Notes: generated from the letters alone by a model not told the origin. Positions 1-13,900 are shown, numbered from the stretch's first letter. The stretch: 64,000 bases of DNA from Vicugna vicugna (GCA_013265495.1 MU058824.1:682001-746000); one strand, 5' to 3'. Numbers and translations are program-made.

Positions 1-43
1 GGGGGCAGCTTCTGGGGGAATTCACTGGAGAGGAGTGGTGAGT
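1..43 (+). other. Possible exon 3' end with splice donor (gene not identified)
   Basis: GAGTG|GTGAGT donor at 38-43 in G-rich, non-repeat sequence with a few CpGs. The exon would start outside the window. Confidence 0.25.
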
Positions 44-1061
44 AGACCTCAGAGAAGAGCAGGCTCATCCCAGAGGGTCGGAAAGCTGAGCCCGAAGCTG
101 AAGAAGGAGCAGAGGCTTTGGGGTTGGTATCAGAAGAAGCTCGGAACCAACCACTCCTGCCAGAAACTGTGAACAAGCTGGAATAATCCCCATAGGTCAC
201 TCAGCTAATACATGCCCAGTGAAGACTGACCTCTTATGACATTTTAATTAATTTATCTTTTTGTAAAAAGAAGGGAGTACTAAGAGTGCTGGGGGAGAGA
301 AGGGAGGGATCCCAACCTGAGGGGTAAGGAGTGTTTTCCTAGATTTCCGAGTTGTTTGAGCTAAGTGAAGGTGACATTCCTTCATAGAGCCACCTGCGTC
401 TCTTGTACCATCAGTACTTCTGCCACAGGGTCAGTTTTATACAGTTTTTAAAAATGATAGTTTAAACATATCCATTCCATTTTCGTGATCAACGCATAAC
501 TTGTTAGTGTTAACAGATCCAAAGTTCTGTTACTTTTTGTCCATTCTAAGAACCTACTGCAGAACCCTTCCTGTGAATAATAAGGGAAATATATCCACTC
601 TTTATGTGATTAAATAATGATTGGGCTTTCTTTGGTTTTAAATATCGGTGATCTTTGCTACAGAAGTTTTTCTTGACTTTAAGTTCTACTTCTTTAAGTT
701 TTACTGCTGATAGCAACTGTGTCCCCTATTTTGGAGTTATCTGCTTAGCAACTTGACTGTGAGCCATTTGAGCAAACAGTGCAGTTCTCAAGCTTTCTGG
801 ATTGCAAAGCTCTATTGTTCCTTGACTTCCACATATTATCCATTTTTTCCCCTAGTGGAACAACATTAGTAGATTACAGCAAAAACTCATAACAACTCAA
901 CTCCTATTTTGCTTCTGTTGGGGCCATCACAGGTAATGGTTTCCAAGGTATAAAAAATAGAACAAATCGTGTTAACGGGGGTTTGAAATCAAAGACAGTT
1001 GTTGGATGTGTGTGTGTGTTCCTGTGGTTCATGTGCAGAAAGTCAAAAGATAGTCAACCTA

Positions 1062-2330
1062 AATAATTCAACAAATTTACTTAGTGCCTGAAATATGCCA
1101 GACACTGTTTCAGTGCTGGGGATATAAGAGTGGACCAAGCACTGATCCTGTTCTCAGGGAACTTACACCCTTGTAGTAGGAGATGGATAACAAAGCGGGT
1201 GGCAGGAGGTAGGATATGTGTGCTGTTTCATAGTAGGGTAGTTAAATTAGGCCTCGGTAATAAGGGACACTTGAGCAGAGACTTGAAAGAAGTGAGCAAG
1301 TCTAATGGATATGTGGGGAAAGGAAGGTTAGATACAAAGGCCTTGATATAGGAGATTGCAGAGCATCTGGAGGAATAGCAAGGAGACCAGTGGGAGTGGA
1401 GTGAAATGGATAAGGGGGAAAGTGAAAAAAAATGAGGTCAGAAAGTCAGCGGGGAAGCTCATGGAGCATCTCTGAGGCCACGGAGTGAAGACTCTGAAAA
1501 TTTTTTTCCCATGGTGAAGTAGGAAGCCCATGGAGGATTTTGAGCAAAGGAATGTTGTAAATATATTAACAGGACCAATGTGTCTGCTATCATGGTACTG
1601 TGTTCCCTAGAAGTGGAGACTGAGGCAGGGGCGTGTGTGCGGTTTCCAGAGAAACTGGTAGGGGCTGAGGGAGTGGGCTGGAAGAGAAGAGTGGTCCCAT
1701 GGGGAGCTGTGGAGTGTAAACTTCACCTTAGAATTTTTCCCACTTGAGACAAGGGAGAGAGGCTTTCTACCTTCACCTTGGTTATTGGCTAAAGACTCTC
1801 CGGAAGGGTATGGACAACGTAAATCCCAGGCACTTCCAGGTGTGGTAGCTTCCACTGCCCAAGTGCAGTTCTCGCTGATGCGCTCACAGCGGTGGGGGAA
1901 GGCTTACCAACCAAATTGAGGAAAGGTCCTGACTGAGCATGCCCACAACATTTTCTGCATGGAGTAAGGCTGGAGTAGAGACATCAATTAGCAGGCTAAT
2001 GCAATAGTGCAGAAGAGAGTTGAAGGTGGCTTGGACTAGAATGTCGCAATAGAGGTGTTGAGAAATGGTTGGATTCTGGAAAATTTTGAAGGCAGAGTCC
2101 ACAAGGTTCGCTAATGGATTGCCCGTAGCATGTGAGACAGAATCAAGGACAACTCCAAGGTGTGTGGCCAAGCCATTTATTGAGATAGGGGAGATTGTGG
2201 GAGGAGCAGGGTTTAGAATGAGGTGACAATTAGAAGCTCCACTGGAGACACAGTAAATAGAAAATGCCTTGTAGATGTTTAAATGAAAATGTCAAGGAGG
2301 CAGTTGGATGTAAGGGTCTGAAGTTCTAAA
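1062..2330 (-). mobile_element. L2 LINE 3' region, split by an LTR
   Basis: Begins as the reverse complement of the L2 3' terminus (attcaacaaatttacttagtgcctg...gacactgtt). Purine-rich L2 body at 1062-1592 resumes at 1960-2330. Confidence 0.8.
1593..1959 (-). mobile_element. ERVL solo LTR, LTR16-like
   Basis: Motif tgttccctagaagtggagactgaggcagg and end cccacaacattttctgca resemble LTR16. It interrupts the L2, with CATGG at both junctions. Confidence 0.55.
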
Positions 2331-3179
2331 GTTCCTAGGTTCAGATGACTAACTGCCCATGATCCTAAAAGAATGTAGATATGTGTTTGAGGTCACCCTA
2401 CTCAAAAGTTTCACTGGGGTTTTAAAGATGGATACGGAGTGAGAAAGCTATAATTAGTTCCAATATACCTCAAAGGACAAAAGGTAAATACTGTACATTA
2501 TAGGTCAGTAAGCTTAATAACAACTTCAGCTACCGTTTCTAAAATAAATCATTAAACAGATGATTTTTGAGAAATTTATCAAAAGCTGTAATAATTTATA
2601 GGTAACGTGGATTCTCCAAAGAACAGATCAGAATGTACTAGCTTGATTTTCATTTTTGAAACATGTACCTAAGCATAGAGGTTTGGGGAATTCTGCCGTC
2701 TTAGTATATCCTGATTTTTATATAGTGTTTGTTCAATTTCGGTACCATATCCTTCTGACAAAATGAAGAAATATGGGCCAGAAAATAGCTATAGCTATGT
2801 AGCTTTCTAACTGGCTAAGCAAGAAGAACAAAGAAGGGTCAACCCTTAGATTATTTTTTTTGCCACCAATTAAGTTTTCATATCACTAGGCCCTTTGCTA
2901 AGTCATCATTTTTATCAACAACTTAAATAAAAAGCTAGAAAGCATATACATAGTAAGATCTGAAGATGACACAACTTGAGGAATACTAGCTAGTATATAC
3001 TGAATTACGGATTGGAAGCTTAAAAAAGGAGAAACCCAAACTCACAATCTGAAATTTAATAGAGATGGGTGCAGAATAAAGCAAAACACCCCATTTTACA
3101 GGTTGTGAAAGATCTCCCTTCACAGCAAAGAACAGAATTAACCATTTTTCTGTCAAGAGGTTTATTTTCCCATTAAGTC

Positions 3180-3415
3180 ATTTGTGGCATTAAGTTCAGG
3201 GTGCAGGCTTTGGAGCCACCAGGCCTGGGTGAGCCACTCACCATCAAGGGTATGTTTCTTAAAATAATGTATTTTATTTTCTTTACCTTGAAGAGCAGGA
3301 TAACAATATTAGTTCCAACTAATGTTGTTGAAATTATTGTAAGTATTAAACCCATGTAAAGTACTTAGAATAATGCCTGAGACATGTTAGATGTTCAATT
3401 GATAACTATTATAAC
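3180..3415 (+). mobile_element. MIR SINE
   Basis: ggctttggagcc...cctggg head and atgtaaagtacttagaataatgcctg 3' region. Confidence 0.7.
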
Positions 3416-3854
3416 TTACTCAACAGTGTGATCGGGTTGTTAAAATGGTAAAGCCAATTCTGAGTACAATGGTAGAAATGAGGTGTCACAATCAAGGGAA
3501 GCTCATGTCCCACTGTCCTCTTTACTGCTGGGATTTTGTTCAGGGCTGGGTGTCTCTAATTAAAAAAGTATCTTTACTGTGTGGGAGAGTGAGTGCTGAA
3601 GGTGGTGAGGGAATAGAATCATGTCAAGAGAAGAAGAATTGAAAGGATAGGGAGTAGAGAACATGGCTTCTTTTGGAGAAACATTCAAAAGCTGAAATAA
3701 AGCTTTCTTGAAAAATCTGAAGGGCTGTTATGTGGAAAAGGAATTAGATAGAGTCCTTGTGGCTCTGAAGACAGACCCAGGAGCAAAGAGTAGGAATAAA
3801 AAGGAAGAGGGTGGGGCCCAGAAGTGTTTTAACTTCCTTCTGGGTGAAGGGATG

Positions 3855-3960
3855 ACGGAAGCCTGTTCTAGCTCTGCTTCCAAGTCACTGTGTGATGTCA
3901 AGTCTCTTCTGCTACTGGTCTCAATTTCATAATCTCTGAAATTAGGGTTTGTATTAAATG
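3855..3960 (+). mobile_element. MIR fragment
   Basis: MIR core ctgtgtgatgtcaagtctctt...tctcaatttcataatctctgaaat. Confidence 0.55.
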
Positions 3961-4654
3961 TGCTGTGAAGTAGAAATTATAGTTGGTCTATCAGTGGGCT
4001 GTCTTCCTAGACAGTGGGTTTCCTGTCACTGGAAATGTTTAAGTAGAAGCCATGAGTTGTATTCTAGTAGACATTACTGAATTTGATTGGAATTCAATCT
4101 AAGTGGCATCAAAGATTGCTTTCAATTCTGATCCTCGGGAGGAAAAAAATTTGTGTATCCGTATGGCTTATCCATCCCCATCCTCAACCCTTAGCCCTGC
4201 TTTCTTAATGGAGATATAGACTCTTAAATGAGTATGTAAGAACTCAAACATTCTCTGTTGATTAGACTGAGGTCCGATTCTACCCCATTCACATTCCCTG
4301 GGCAATACAGCTCACAGCGTATTGAATGACTTCATGAAAGAACTCTGCTTGGTCCCTTGGTGCCTAAAGTGTCACAGCAGTATTTCTGTCATTGCTTCCA
4401 TTCTTTGTCCTGAAAGTGGAAAAAGTGAAAAGTACCCACAAGCCACTGACTCCATGTTACACAGCCCCTGGTTCATGGCTATGCCTTGAGAACATGGTGC
4501 TGGTGGAGGCTAGGATATGCAGGCTGGGGGGTGGGTGCAGCAGAAGAGGGAGGGGCTGAGCACAGCAGTGGCAGACTGGATGGCAGCCATGAGCAGCAGA
4601 GCTGTGGGACACCGTCATCTGTTGCCTGCAGCTGCCAGGCTGACTTTGTTCTTA

Positions 4655-6910
4655 CATATCAAATATTTATTGATCATTTATCATGTGGAGGACACTCTAC
4701 TAGGCACTCTGAGGGACACCTAGGAGGAAGACACATAGCTTCTTTCTGGCAAGGAGTTTCTAGTCTGTTTGGAAGACAATTAGCAGCCAGCAGCAAACAC
4801 TTTGCATAGTACTTCATTGCTTGCAAAGGGTCTACAGGCAAATCACTCTCCTCTCAACTGTCTGTGGGATTAGACCCTTCAACTACCCTCACAACAACCT
4901 GTGAGGTATTGTCATTCCCACTTTTCAGACAGGAAACTGTGGTTCTGGACATTAAACTGTACCTGAGATCCCCCATTTGTGTTGTCTGAAGTGCCCTGGG
5001 CACATCTTCTGGTTTCAGTTCCCATGCTCTTTCCACTACACCACACTAAAGACAAATTAAAAACCAACATATAGGCTATACTATATATCAAGGGAATTGC
5101 ATGGGTAAGATGTGGTATAGGAATTCAGGAATGCATATCACTGTGACTGGGTACAGAAGGGAGATAGGACTATGAAAATGGGTTACAGTTTGATTGGTGG
5201 AGACCAAGGGAGGGCATTCCAGACAAAGCAGATGTTTTATCAAGGATGGGAGGTAAGAGAGCAGAAATTTAAGGAGATATTCATGGGGATGCCATGTTAG
5301 GTCACATCATTTGTGTCCTGCAAAACTCCAGGGGTATTATCATAGACTATGATATAAATGCCATCCCAGGGATTGTTCAGTGCACAACCTATACAATAGT
5401 ATGAGAGCAGCCACGAATGAATACATTAATGGGACTGAGCTGGAGAATTTGGTCGAGAAGTCAGATAGAAACCTGGAGAGGTGAACAAGGGACTGATCAT
5501 GGAGAGATGAGAGGCTTAAGGTAAGGGTTTTCCATTTTAATCTTTTAAGGATTGAATAATTTTTAACCAGAAAAGAGCCACAATGAAAGCAATGCTTTGA
5601 GAGACTGATTTTTGGATATACAGATTAAATTTGAAATGGGAAAAGTTGGGGACAGGAGACTAGATAATTTTGGTCACCTAACATGAGGCCAAAAAATGGT
5701 CTGAATAGTGGTGGTGGCAATGGGAAGAGAAAGAAATGGACAAACATGGGAGACCTTCTTTCTTTCACTAATTCCACAAGTGTTCTTTGAGCTTTTAGTA
5801 AGTACAAGGCAATGTGCTTCATGCCAGTGATTTAGTAGTGAGCCAAATAGGCATGATTCTTACCATTCTAGAGTTTATAGGCCAGTAAGGGAGTCAGACA
5901 TTCATCAAATAATCATATAAAGACTAATTACAAACTATAATAATGCTATGAAGGAAAAGCACAAGATGATATGAGAATGTATAACAGGGTGGAATCTGAT
6001 CTAGTTTGGGCAGATAGGAATCAGGGATGTTTTCTCTGAATAGAATAATAAAAAAATTGAACTGAGGGTGAATAGGAGTGAACTATGCAAAGGGAGGTGA
6101 GGAGAGGGAGAAAAGCATCCCAGACAATGGGAACAGCATATGCAAAGGTCCTGTGGTAGAAGGGAATATGCCTTCAAAAATGTGAAATGTGACCAGTATG
6201 GTTAGTCTATGGCAAACAAAGTAGAGTGTGCTGACTTGAGACTGGAAAGAAAGGCAGGAGCCAGATAATATTGGGTTCTTTGTTTTTATTTCAAGAACAA
6301 TGAGAAAACATTGGCATATTTTAACCTGGAGGTGACATGTTGAATATTGCATTTTGAAATGGATACTCTTGTTGCTATGTGGAGAACAGATGGGAGATGG
6401 ATATTCAGGGTAACTGGTAAGAGCCTATTGCAGTAGTCCAAGAGAGAGAACTTGGTGGATTGGACAGTGGAGAGAGAACATTATGAAAGAGGACTTACCA
6501 GAACTTGATGACTAATAGGATGTGGATGAAGAAAGGAGAAAAACAAATCAGCAGTCAGGGTTTTAGATATGGGAGTCTTGCAGCCTGTCAATACTATTAA
6601 GGGATATTATGGAAAGTAGGGGGTAGTGCCGGCTTGATATGCAGGGTTAGGGAGTTATCCAAGTGACAAGTAAGCAGTAGGGTTGGAATTTAAAAAAGAG
6701 AGAGAAAAGGACTGCAGTTGTAAGATTGGGAACAATTGATAAAATTGTGGTAGTTAGGATATGAGTGGAGGGGTCTAAAGTGGGGGAGATAGTGAAGAAA
6801 AGTTATAGAGGGTTCAGGAGTGGAACTGTGTAAAACAGCACCACTGGGTAAGGTGAACTGGCAAGGTAAGGTGAACCTGCAAAGAAGTGGTCACAGAGGT
6901 AGAAGGATAT
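4655..6910 (-). mobile_element. Cluster of L2 fragments (at least two 3' ends)
   Basis: Reverse-complement L2 3' termini at ~4655 and ~5765. L2 body includes gggaacagcatatgcaaaggtcctgtgg. Confidence 0.7.
4795..5048 (-). mobile_element. MIR SINE
   Basis: cctcacaacaacctgtgagg...ttttcagacaggaaactgtgg...ctctttccactacaccac. Confidence 0.8.
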
Positions 6911-8231
6911 GCTTACAAGAAAATAAAAAATTTAACCACTAAACATCACCCTTTTTATTACAAACTCATAAATACTTCCCTGAATTAAATAATGATAGAC
7001 ATCTACCAGGAAAAAAGTTACTCTGTGGCCCCCAATGCTGTTGTCCCCATAACATGTTTGCTTTTGGAGTATAATGGTTATTTAGGGATGGAGCAAATCA
7101 ACCTAAGGCCAGAGTCTCCCCAGCCTTACATCTACTTGTCACAGGCAGAGAAACTACATTTAGGTTGTAGCTTTTGTTAGTGACAATTGTGGTCCAGAAT
7201 CAGATTCTGCAAGAGCCATCCATTTGTAAATAAATAGACTGAGGACCTAAAGTCATCAAAAAACGTCTTTCTTCTAAAATAAAAAAAGCTAATCTGCTTC
7301 TATATTTAAGTCACAGTGTGTTCTTGTGAGCAAAGAACACCAAACTTCCATTCTTATTCCAAATGTCTCTGAAATTCAGTAACACTTGTCTCAGCACTGA
7401 ATAAGCATATTAAACATGAAGTTACCAACTTTCTCTGCTGAACTTTTTCATACACTTAAAGGTTTTCCTGAAGACTTCAATTCTGAAGGATGATAACATG
7501 CTTGATTTGTGCCTGGTGTTGTCAGGAATTATGGGCCAAATTGGTTATTTTGGGATGGGAAGCCAGCTTGAGGCTGGCACCAATGACTTGATGATGCACT
7601 TGCAAGACAAAACATTTAAGTGAAAGTCAATGTGTTCTCTCCTTCGGAAGGTCTCTTGTGAGAGCAAAGCTCAGGTGGCCTCATCCAGCCAAGACTAGTC
7701 AAAGTTGAATACTCTAAAGACAAAATGGAAAAGTTCAATTCAATGAATTGGGTAATTTGTTTAGTTTTTGGTTAGTTGAAAAGTTAAGGCAAGACATCTT
7801 TACTGCTCCTCTGCTTCTACAGACAGGGAGGTGGGTATGAAGAATGGCTCCCTGATAACCACCTAATAGTGTCTTGTCCCTGGTCAGTCACCTCTGGATC
7901 ACTATCCCATAGTAGGATGGTAAAGCTCCTGTTTTTCTTGTAGTGTCCCTGGGATTCGTCCCACCTTGTTCTCAGAGTTTCTTCTGAAGTGCTACTTCCC
8001 CAGTCCCTTGCCAGAGTCTGAGGCCAGCAGTTCAGATAGGTAAGAGTGACTACTCCTCCAGCCTAAGTACTGGAGGTTCATGGAGGTACAAGTAGAACCA
8101 AGCTCTATGTATGTCAGAGCCAAGACTTTAGAAGAAGTTTACATTTTTGTAACTTGCATGTAGGGAGGTACCACCTGAAATATAAACACTAGATCGCTGA
8201 AATATAAACCTTTAGCAACATTTATTAACCT

Positions 8232-9550
8232 TTTTAAAAAAAACTGAGGTACAAGTTATATGTAATGAAATGCCCAGATCTTTAAGTTCAATCAGTTTTG
8301 ACAACTGCATATCAAAACATAAACTCTTTGCATCAGCCCAGAATGTACCCCTTCCTGGTCAGTCCCCATACTCACCCGTCAACTACTGAGCTCCTTTCTA
8401 TCACCATAGGTTAGTTTTGTCTATTCTAGAATTTCTCATAAATGGACTCATACAACATGTGCTCTTTTGTGTGTTGTTTCTTTTATTGAGCATATTTTCG
8501 AGATTCATTCGTGTTGTGTGTATCACTAGTTCAATCCCTTTTATTGCTGAGTAGTGTTGTATTCATTGAATGTGCCACAGTTTAAAAAAAAATGCTTCCC
8601 CTGTTGATGGACATTTGGATTGTTTCCAGTTTGGGACTATTATGAGTAAAACTGCTATGAACATTCTTATATAAAGCTTCGTTTAAACATACATTTTCAT
8701 TTCTCTTGGGAAAACATCTATGCGTAGAATTTCTGGGTCATAAAGAAGATGTATTTTTAACTTTTAAAGAAACTGCTAAACATTTTTCCAAAGTAGTTGT
8801 TCTACTTTATACTCCCACCAGAAAAAGTGAAAATTTAGATTTCTCTACATCTTTTCCAACATCTGGCATTGTTAATAATTTTATCACGACTGTGCGTGTG
8901 TATGTGTGTACTGTGTATAGTGGTATCTCATTGTATTTTACTTTACATTATTAACCTGATGACTAATGATGTTGAATACTTTTACACGTGTTTTTGACTA
9001 TCTTTGTATCTTCTTTTGTTAGTTGTCTGTTTACATTTTAGGCTCATTTTAAAAAATTGAGTTGTCTTTTTACTATTGATTTACAGGGTTTATTTGTACG
9101 TTTTAAACATATTTGTCAGATATATGTATTGTGAATATTTTTTTCCCAGTCTGTGGCTTGTCTTCTTTCTTGATGGTATCTTTCGATGAGCAGTTTAATG
9201 TAGTACCATTTATCAATGTTTTCCTTTTATGGTTCATGCTTTCTCTATCCTTCTTAAAAGTTTTTGCCCACCCCAAGGTTGTAAAGATTTTCTCCTAAGT
9301 TTTTTTTCCTAACTCTATTTTTTAACCTTTACATTTAAGTCTATGACCCATCCTACATTAATTTTTGTGTATGGTGTGAGGTAGGAGTCAAGATTCATAT
9401 TCTCTCTCTCTTTCTCAATTTTGGTATGGTTATTCTAACCCAGTTATTGAAGAGATTTTCCTTTCTTTACTGAATTGCTTTGGTGCCTTGTCAAAAGTAA
9501 TTTGTCTGTATGTGTATGGATCTATTTCTGGACTCTTTATTCTGTTTATA
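8232..9550 (-). mobile_element. Ancient L1 (L1MB/MC-type) 3' UTR and ORF2 end
   Basis: Typical antisense L1M 3' end (ctgttgatggacatttggattgtttccagtttgggactattatg) continuing into the ORF2 3' region. Confidence 0.85.
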
Positions 9551-9739
9551 ATCCTGTTTTCTTCTCTACGTGTTGGTAATGATTTTGAAATAGAAATAGA
9601 TTGAGATTATTAGGTATATTGAGGTGTATGAATTGGAGTGTGAGTCCCACAGTAAGCATCTTTGACTACTTGAAGATTTTGTGTGTATGTGTTTAGTGAA
9701 CACTAGATCACTTACTTGATTCTCATGTGAGTACACCAG

Positions 9740-9925
9740 GGGAGGTGGTTGCAAAGAGCAAGCGTATTGATGTGTTTTGGCTTTTACTTGCTGGTTAGAG
9801 CAACATCTTTCGAGAATGATGTGAACTCAGGCAAAAATTAGTCAGTTTGAGGACAGAAACAGAGGGAATAGAGAGAGTCTAGAAGCACAGGACCTGGCAG
9901 GGTTGGAAAAGCCAACTATTGCTGA
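9740..9925 (+). mobile_element. MaLR (MLT1) internal fragment
   Basis: gaactcaggcaaaaattagtcagtttg...agagggaatagagagagtctagaa...gcagggttggaaaa resembles MLT-int. Confidence 0.5.
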
Positions 9926-9929
9926 ACCA

Positions 9930-10295
9930 AGTAAGCTGCTGCCTTCCTACTCAAGCTCGTTATTTTAAATGGTTGCAGTGTTGCTACTATGATGAGAGAG
10001 GTAAAAGCCAACACACACCTGATCTTTTCAATTAGTTAAAACTTTAAGCTGAATTCTTCTTCCCCACTTGTATGGTACCCAGTGTCTCTTCCTCTGTTGT
10101 CTCAGCTCAGGTGAGGCAGTGCTCTGGTCCTCGCTCTCTTGGGAAGGGCCCATGTTTCCTTTGAATTCAGGCTGCTTGGTTGTCTTGCAGCTGCAGCTTT
10201 CTGATAGTTCAAGAGAAGTTATGATTTGTAGTCTGTCCAGCTTTTTATTGTTGTTAGGGTTGGACTGAGCTCTTTCCAGCTTTTTATGTCCTCGG
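9930..10295 (-). mobile_element. Ancient L1 5' end
   Basis: ttctgatagttcaagagaagttatgatttgtagtctgtccagcttttt matches the antisense L1M4/L1ME-type 5' terminus. Confidence 0.6.
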
Positions 10296-10589
10296 TAGAA
10301 ATAACTCCCAAGAGGGTGATTTATAAGGGTGTTCTTCACTTTGTATAATAACTTTTTGTTATATTCCTTCGAATCGCAACCTCTATTACCATTCCAATCC
10401 TTACTAGCCCTCTAGTCTCTGTCTCTATTGGATCTTACTCATCTAAACCTCAAAACCTCTAGAACGAAGTTCCTGGAGGCTATGACTTGGCACTTATTTC
10501 TATTTCCAGTAAGTTGCACAGATCCTGGCACAACTGAAAGATCCTCTGTTGATTAACTAGAGACTAAAATGGTGTGACCAGTCTCACTG

Positions 10590-10910
10590 GGCAAATGCCT
10601 ATCTGTCTTTTAAGACCGAAAGCAGTGTCACCTCCTCTGAAAAAATTCTGAGGAGTTCCTGTCGGAAGAGTTAGTGACTCCTACTGTGTCTCCTCAATGC
10701 TTTGTACATTTCTCCACTGGCATTGTGTATGACGATGGTTTTTTATATCTTTTAGTCTAGATTACGGGTTTGTTAGGGACACAAAGTAGTTCTTGTTCTA
10801 TATCTTCGGGTACCTAGCACAATCTGTGGTACATATAACTATGGCTCTGTTACATGGATACATACAATGGGTTTTCTAAGTGAACTGTTGAATATCTTTG
10901 TTGGATGATT
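10590..10910 (+). mobile_element. L2 3' end
   Basis: tgtcacctcctctgaaa...gtacctagcacaatctgtggtacata. Confidence 0.6.
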
Positions 10911-13900
10911 ATACAGAATGGGTTTACATTTATGTAACTTATTTACATGATTAATTAGCAAAAGGAAATGTACTTGTAATAGGGTGTGTATATGTGTATA
11001 GTATGTTTTAACTCCTAACGATGTAGATAATTGCAGAATTTGATTAGGGCAAAGATGGAACCCATGTAGCACCTCTGCTACCATTTTTTCCTTGTGTGCC
11101 CTTGGCAGACAAACCATTTCAGGTTTTTTTTTCCTCCTGATCCCAAACATGAACTCAACACTCTGCCTTTCAGTAACAACTCCACCAATGGGTCAGATTT
11201 GATGCACGAAATAAAGATTATTTTCCCTTCCCTATTCTAAGGGGCTCCTGAGGCAACAAGCTGGAAGATCACCCTTGAAGCCCTTGCTGGATGGTACCTA
11301 GAGGGAAGATTCTAATAAGCTGCAGACACTTTGCAGATTCCTGCCTCTCAGAACTTAATCACATTTGCATTTTGGCTGTGATCAGATGGTGGAAACACAA
11401 ACTCCAAACTGTCAATCAACTTGGGCTTCTTTTCCAACTTTTCCTAAATCAATTTCTTAAAAAAATCTTTGAACACCAAAATTATACAGCTAGTTTTTAA
11501 ACAATTACAGTGTTTTCTGTCTATATTTTTCATTATAGTTGGTAACCTAGAATTGTTCATTACTGAAAATCTTAATTAGGAGGTGTGCATACAAATTCAC
11601 ATGTGAGTTTGTGAATACGTGTGTGAGCTGAGTTGTTCATGAGAATTGGGGGGAGAAAAGAGAGAAGATATTTACTGAAAATGTATTTTTTATATTGTCC
11701 AGTTTTCACCTTTAAATATCAGTAGAAAAATTTCTGAAGCATGTAGAATCTGGCATGTAATTTATCTTCAAAACAGAAATTAAACCTAACCAGTTATAAA
11801 TTTGAGTTTCTTTCTGAATTAACCATGTTGGCATTACCCCAGCTACCTCCTTATGTTCACATGGTTGCTTCCAGACTCTATGTAGAATTTTATGCCTCTG
11901 TAGTATCAAATTTGTTAAATGGCATATTTTTATATCAGTAATTTTTATAGCATATTGTTATTCCAGACTTTTACATGCCTCTAATTTATTCTTAACTTCA
12001 ATATAGCAGTATTGATTTTTTTCCTTCTAAGTTTGATGGTGTGAACACTTTAGTTGTGATTTAAAGTCATTTAAACACCATCATTAATTTGTACTTCATT
12101 TTCTATTCTTTTGCAAACTTTAGATATTTGAACAGGTACAACAGTAAGGGTTAATGCTTCTCAAGTTTTCTTTATATATCTCTTGGAGAAATTTAGATTA
12201 TTTCTTAATATAATTGAAATAAAGTGTTTCTGATGACCTTGGATTATTCATGGTACTTAAATGCAGAATAGTAAGGATAGCTTTGATTGCAAATCAAATA
12301 GAACCCAGTGCAGTTTCCTTAGATCATATTCCCTCTTCTTAGTCCTCTAGTAGTGAGTTAGTCGGTCATAATCTTTCTCTTCCATAGACTTAATATCAGT
12401 GTCTTTTTCAAATAAGGTCATTGGGTTACACAGTTGGCCTTTAGAAAGATTTTGAGGCAGTGTCCTTTCCGACTGTCTGGGTACTGTGTTTCTGTGGCTG
12501 TTAGGATTATGGTCAAAGGTAACATGGATGAAGAAGGCTGATGAGGCATGTTTTGGTTGCTATATAAAGCAAGGTTCACAGGTGCAGTGCTCATGAGATT
12601 GATTTTTCCTTGGCTATTTTGCTTGCAGTAGAGATAAGCTGCTACCAGGTGAATGGCAGTATCTTGGTTATCTAACCTACGGTCCAAATACTTTTAATGG
12701 AAGACCTATTCAGAGAATCAGTTTTCTAAGTATACCATTTTATTATTGGCACAAAACTATGACCACATTAGTAGAAATAAAATAAAGAAGAAAAATTAAA
12801 CTAAAAATCAAGTGTCCTTTTCTTTTCCCTTGCTTGTATTTAGTTTGGATCCATTTACAACTGTAATTTGTGTGTAGTTGTAATCATAGTTTTTAATATG
12901 TAATCTTCTATTCTAATTTTACAATAACGTATCAAGGGCATGTTTACATGTTGCAAATAGTGTAATTTGTAATGATAATTCAAACAAATATGCATTTTCA
13001 CATCAGTACATATTCTTTTAAGTATTCAATGTTGAATATATACAAAAATTTATAAATTACACATAGGCTATAAAGAATCAGCAAATAATCACCACCCATG
13101 TGCCTATTATTCAGTTTAAGATAAAAAATATTACCATTATCTTTGAAAGTTCCTGTGTTCCTCTTTCTTATCTCATCCTCTTTATTACCTCCTGGAGGTT
13201 ATATGACCACCATCCTAAATCTTGTTTTGTTGTACCTTTGATTTTCTTTATAATTTTATCATATATTTGATCAAACCCTTAAACAACATATAGTTCTATG
13301 AATATTTTTAATCTTAATTTAAATGAACTCATATTGAATGCATTTTCTGTGATTTTTTTCATTCAACATTAAGCACCTATGTTTTTTTCCATGTCATTGT
13401 ATGTTATATTGCATTCATCTGCATGATGTAAAGTATTCCATTATATGAACATGCCACAACTTTTGTCCATGATGAACATTTAGGCTTATTCTAGTTTTTT
13501 TCCCCATTATAAACGGTAATATAAAGAACACTGTAACATACAACTTCTATTATAATTGTTCAAGGGTTTCTTTATGGTATGTATCTAGGAGTGATTCTGC
13601 TGGGTCATAGAGTGAGCTTTTCAAATACATAGGTAATTTCAACTTGTTTTCCAAAGTGGTTGAACCAAATTGTACTCCCACCAGCACTGTGCAAGAATTC
13701 TGGTCATTTTAAACCCTTGTCAACATTTGATATTATCAGATGGAGTAATTTTTGCTACTCTGATGGGTACAAAATGCTTTTCTCATTGGTTTTAAATATG
13801 CAATTTTCCAGTTGGTAGTGAGGCAGAACATCTTTTCCTGTGGTTTATATTCTAATGAATTGCTCCTTCAAATCTTTTGCTTATATTTCTCAGGTTTTGT

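Larger units (their letters stand above)
2340..4132 (+). mobile_element. CR1/L3 LINE remnant (RT domain to 3' end)
   Basis: Degenerate CR1 RT motifs in order: KGQKV..YRSVSL (~2472), GF.K (~2610), VY.DF (~2704), KKYG (~2765), NWL (~2810). L3 3' end at ~3990-4132. Interrupted by two MIRs. Confidence 0.7.

Noticed and set aside
6847..6882. Direct repeats (also 8176-8210, 27693-27718, 56575-56670) as a CRISPR-like array
   Set aside because: These are low-copy slippage duplications with no repeat-spacer periodicity.
7585..7680. C/D-box snoRNA from TGATG motifs (also ~54477)
   Set aside because: No complete C box/D box pair with a terminal stem.
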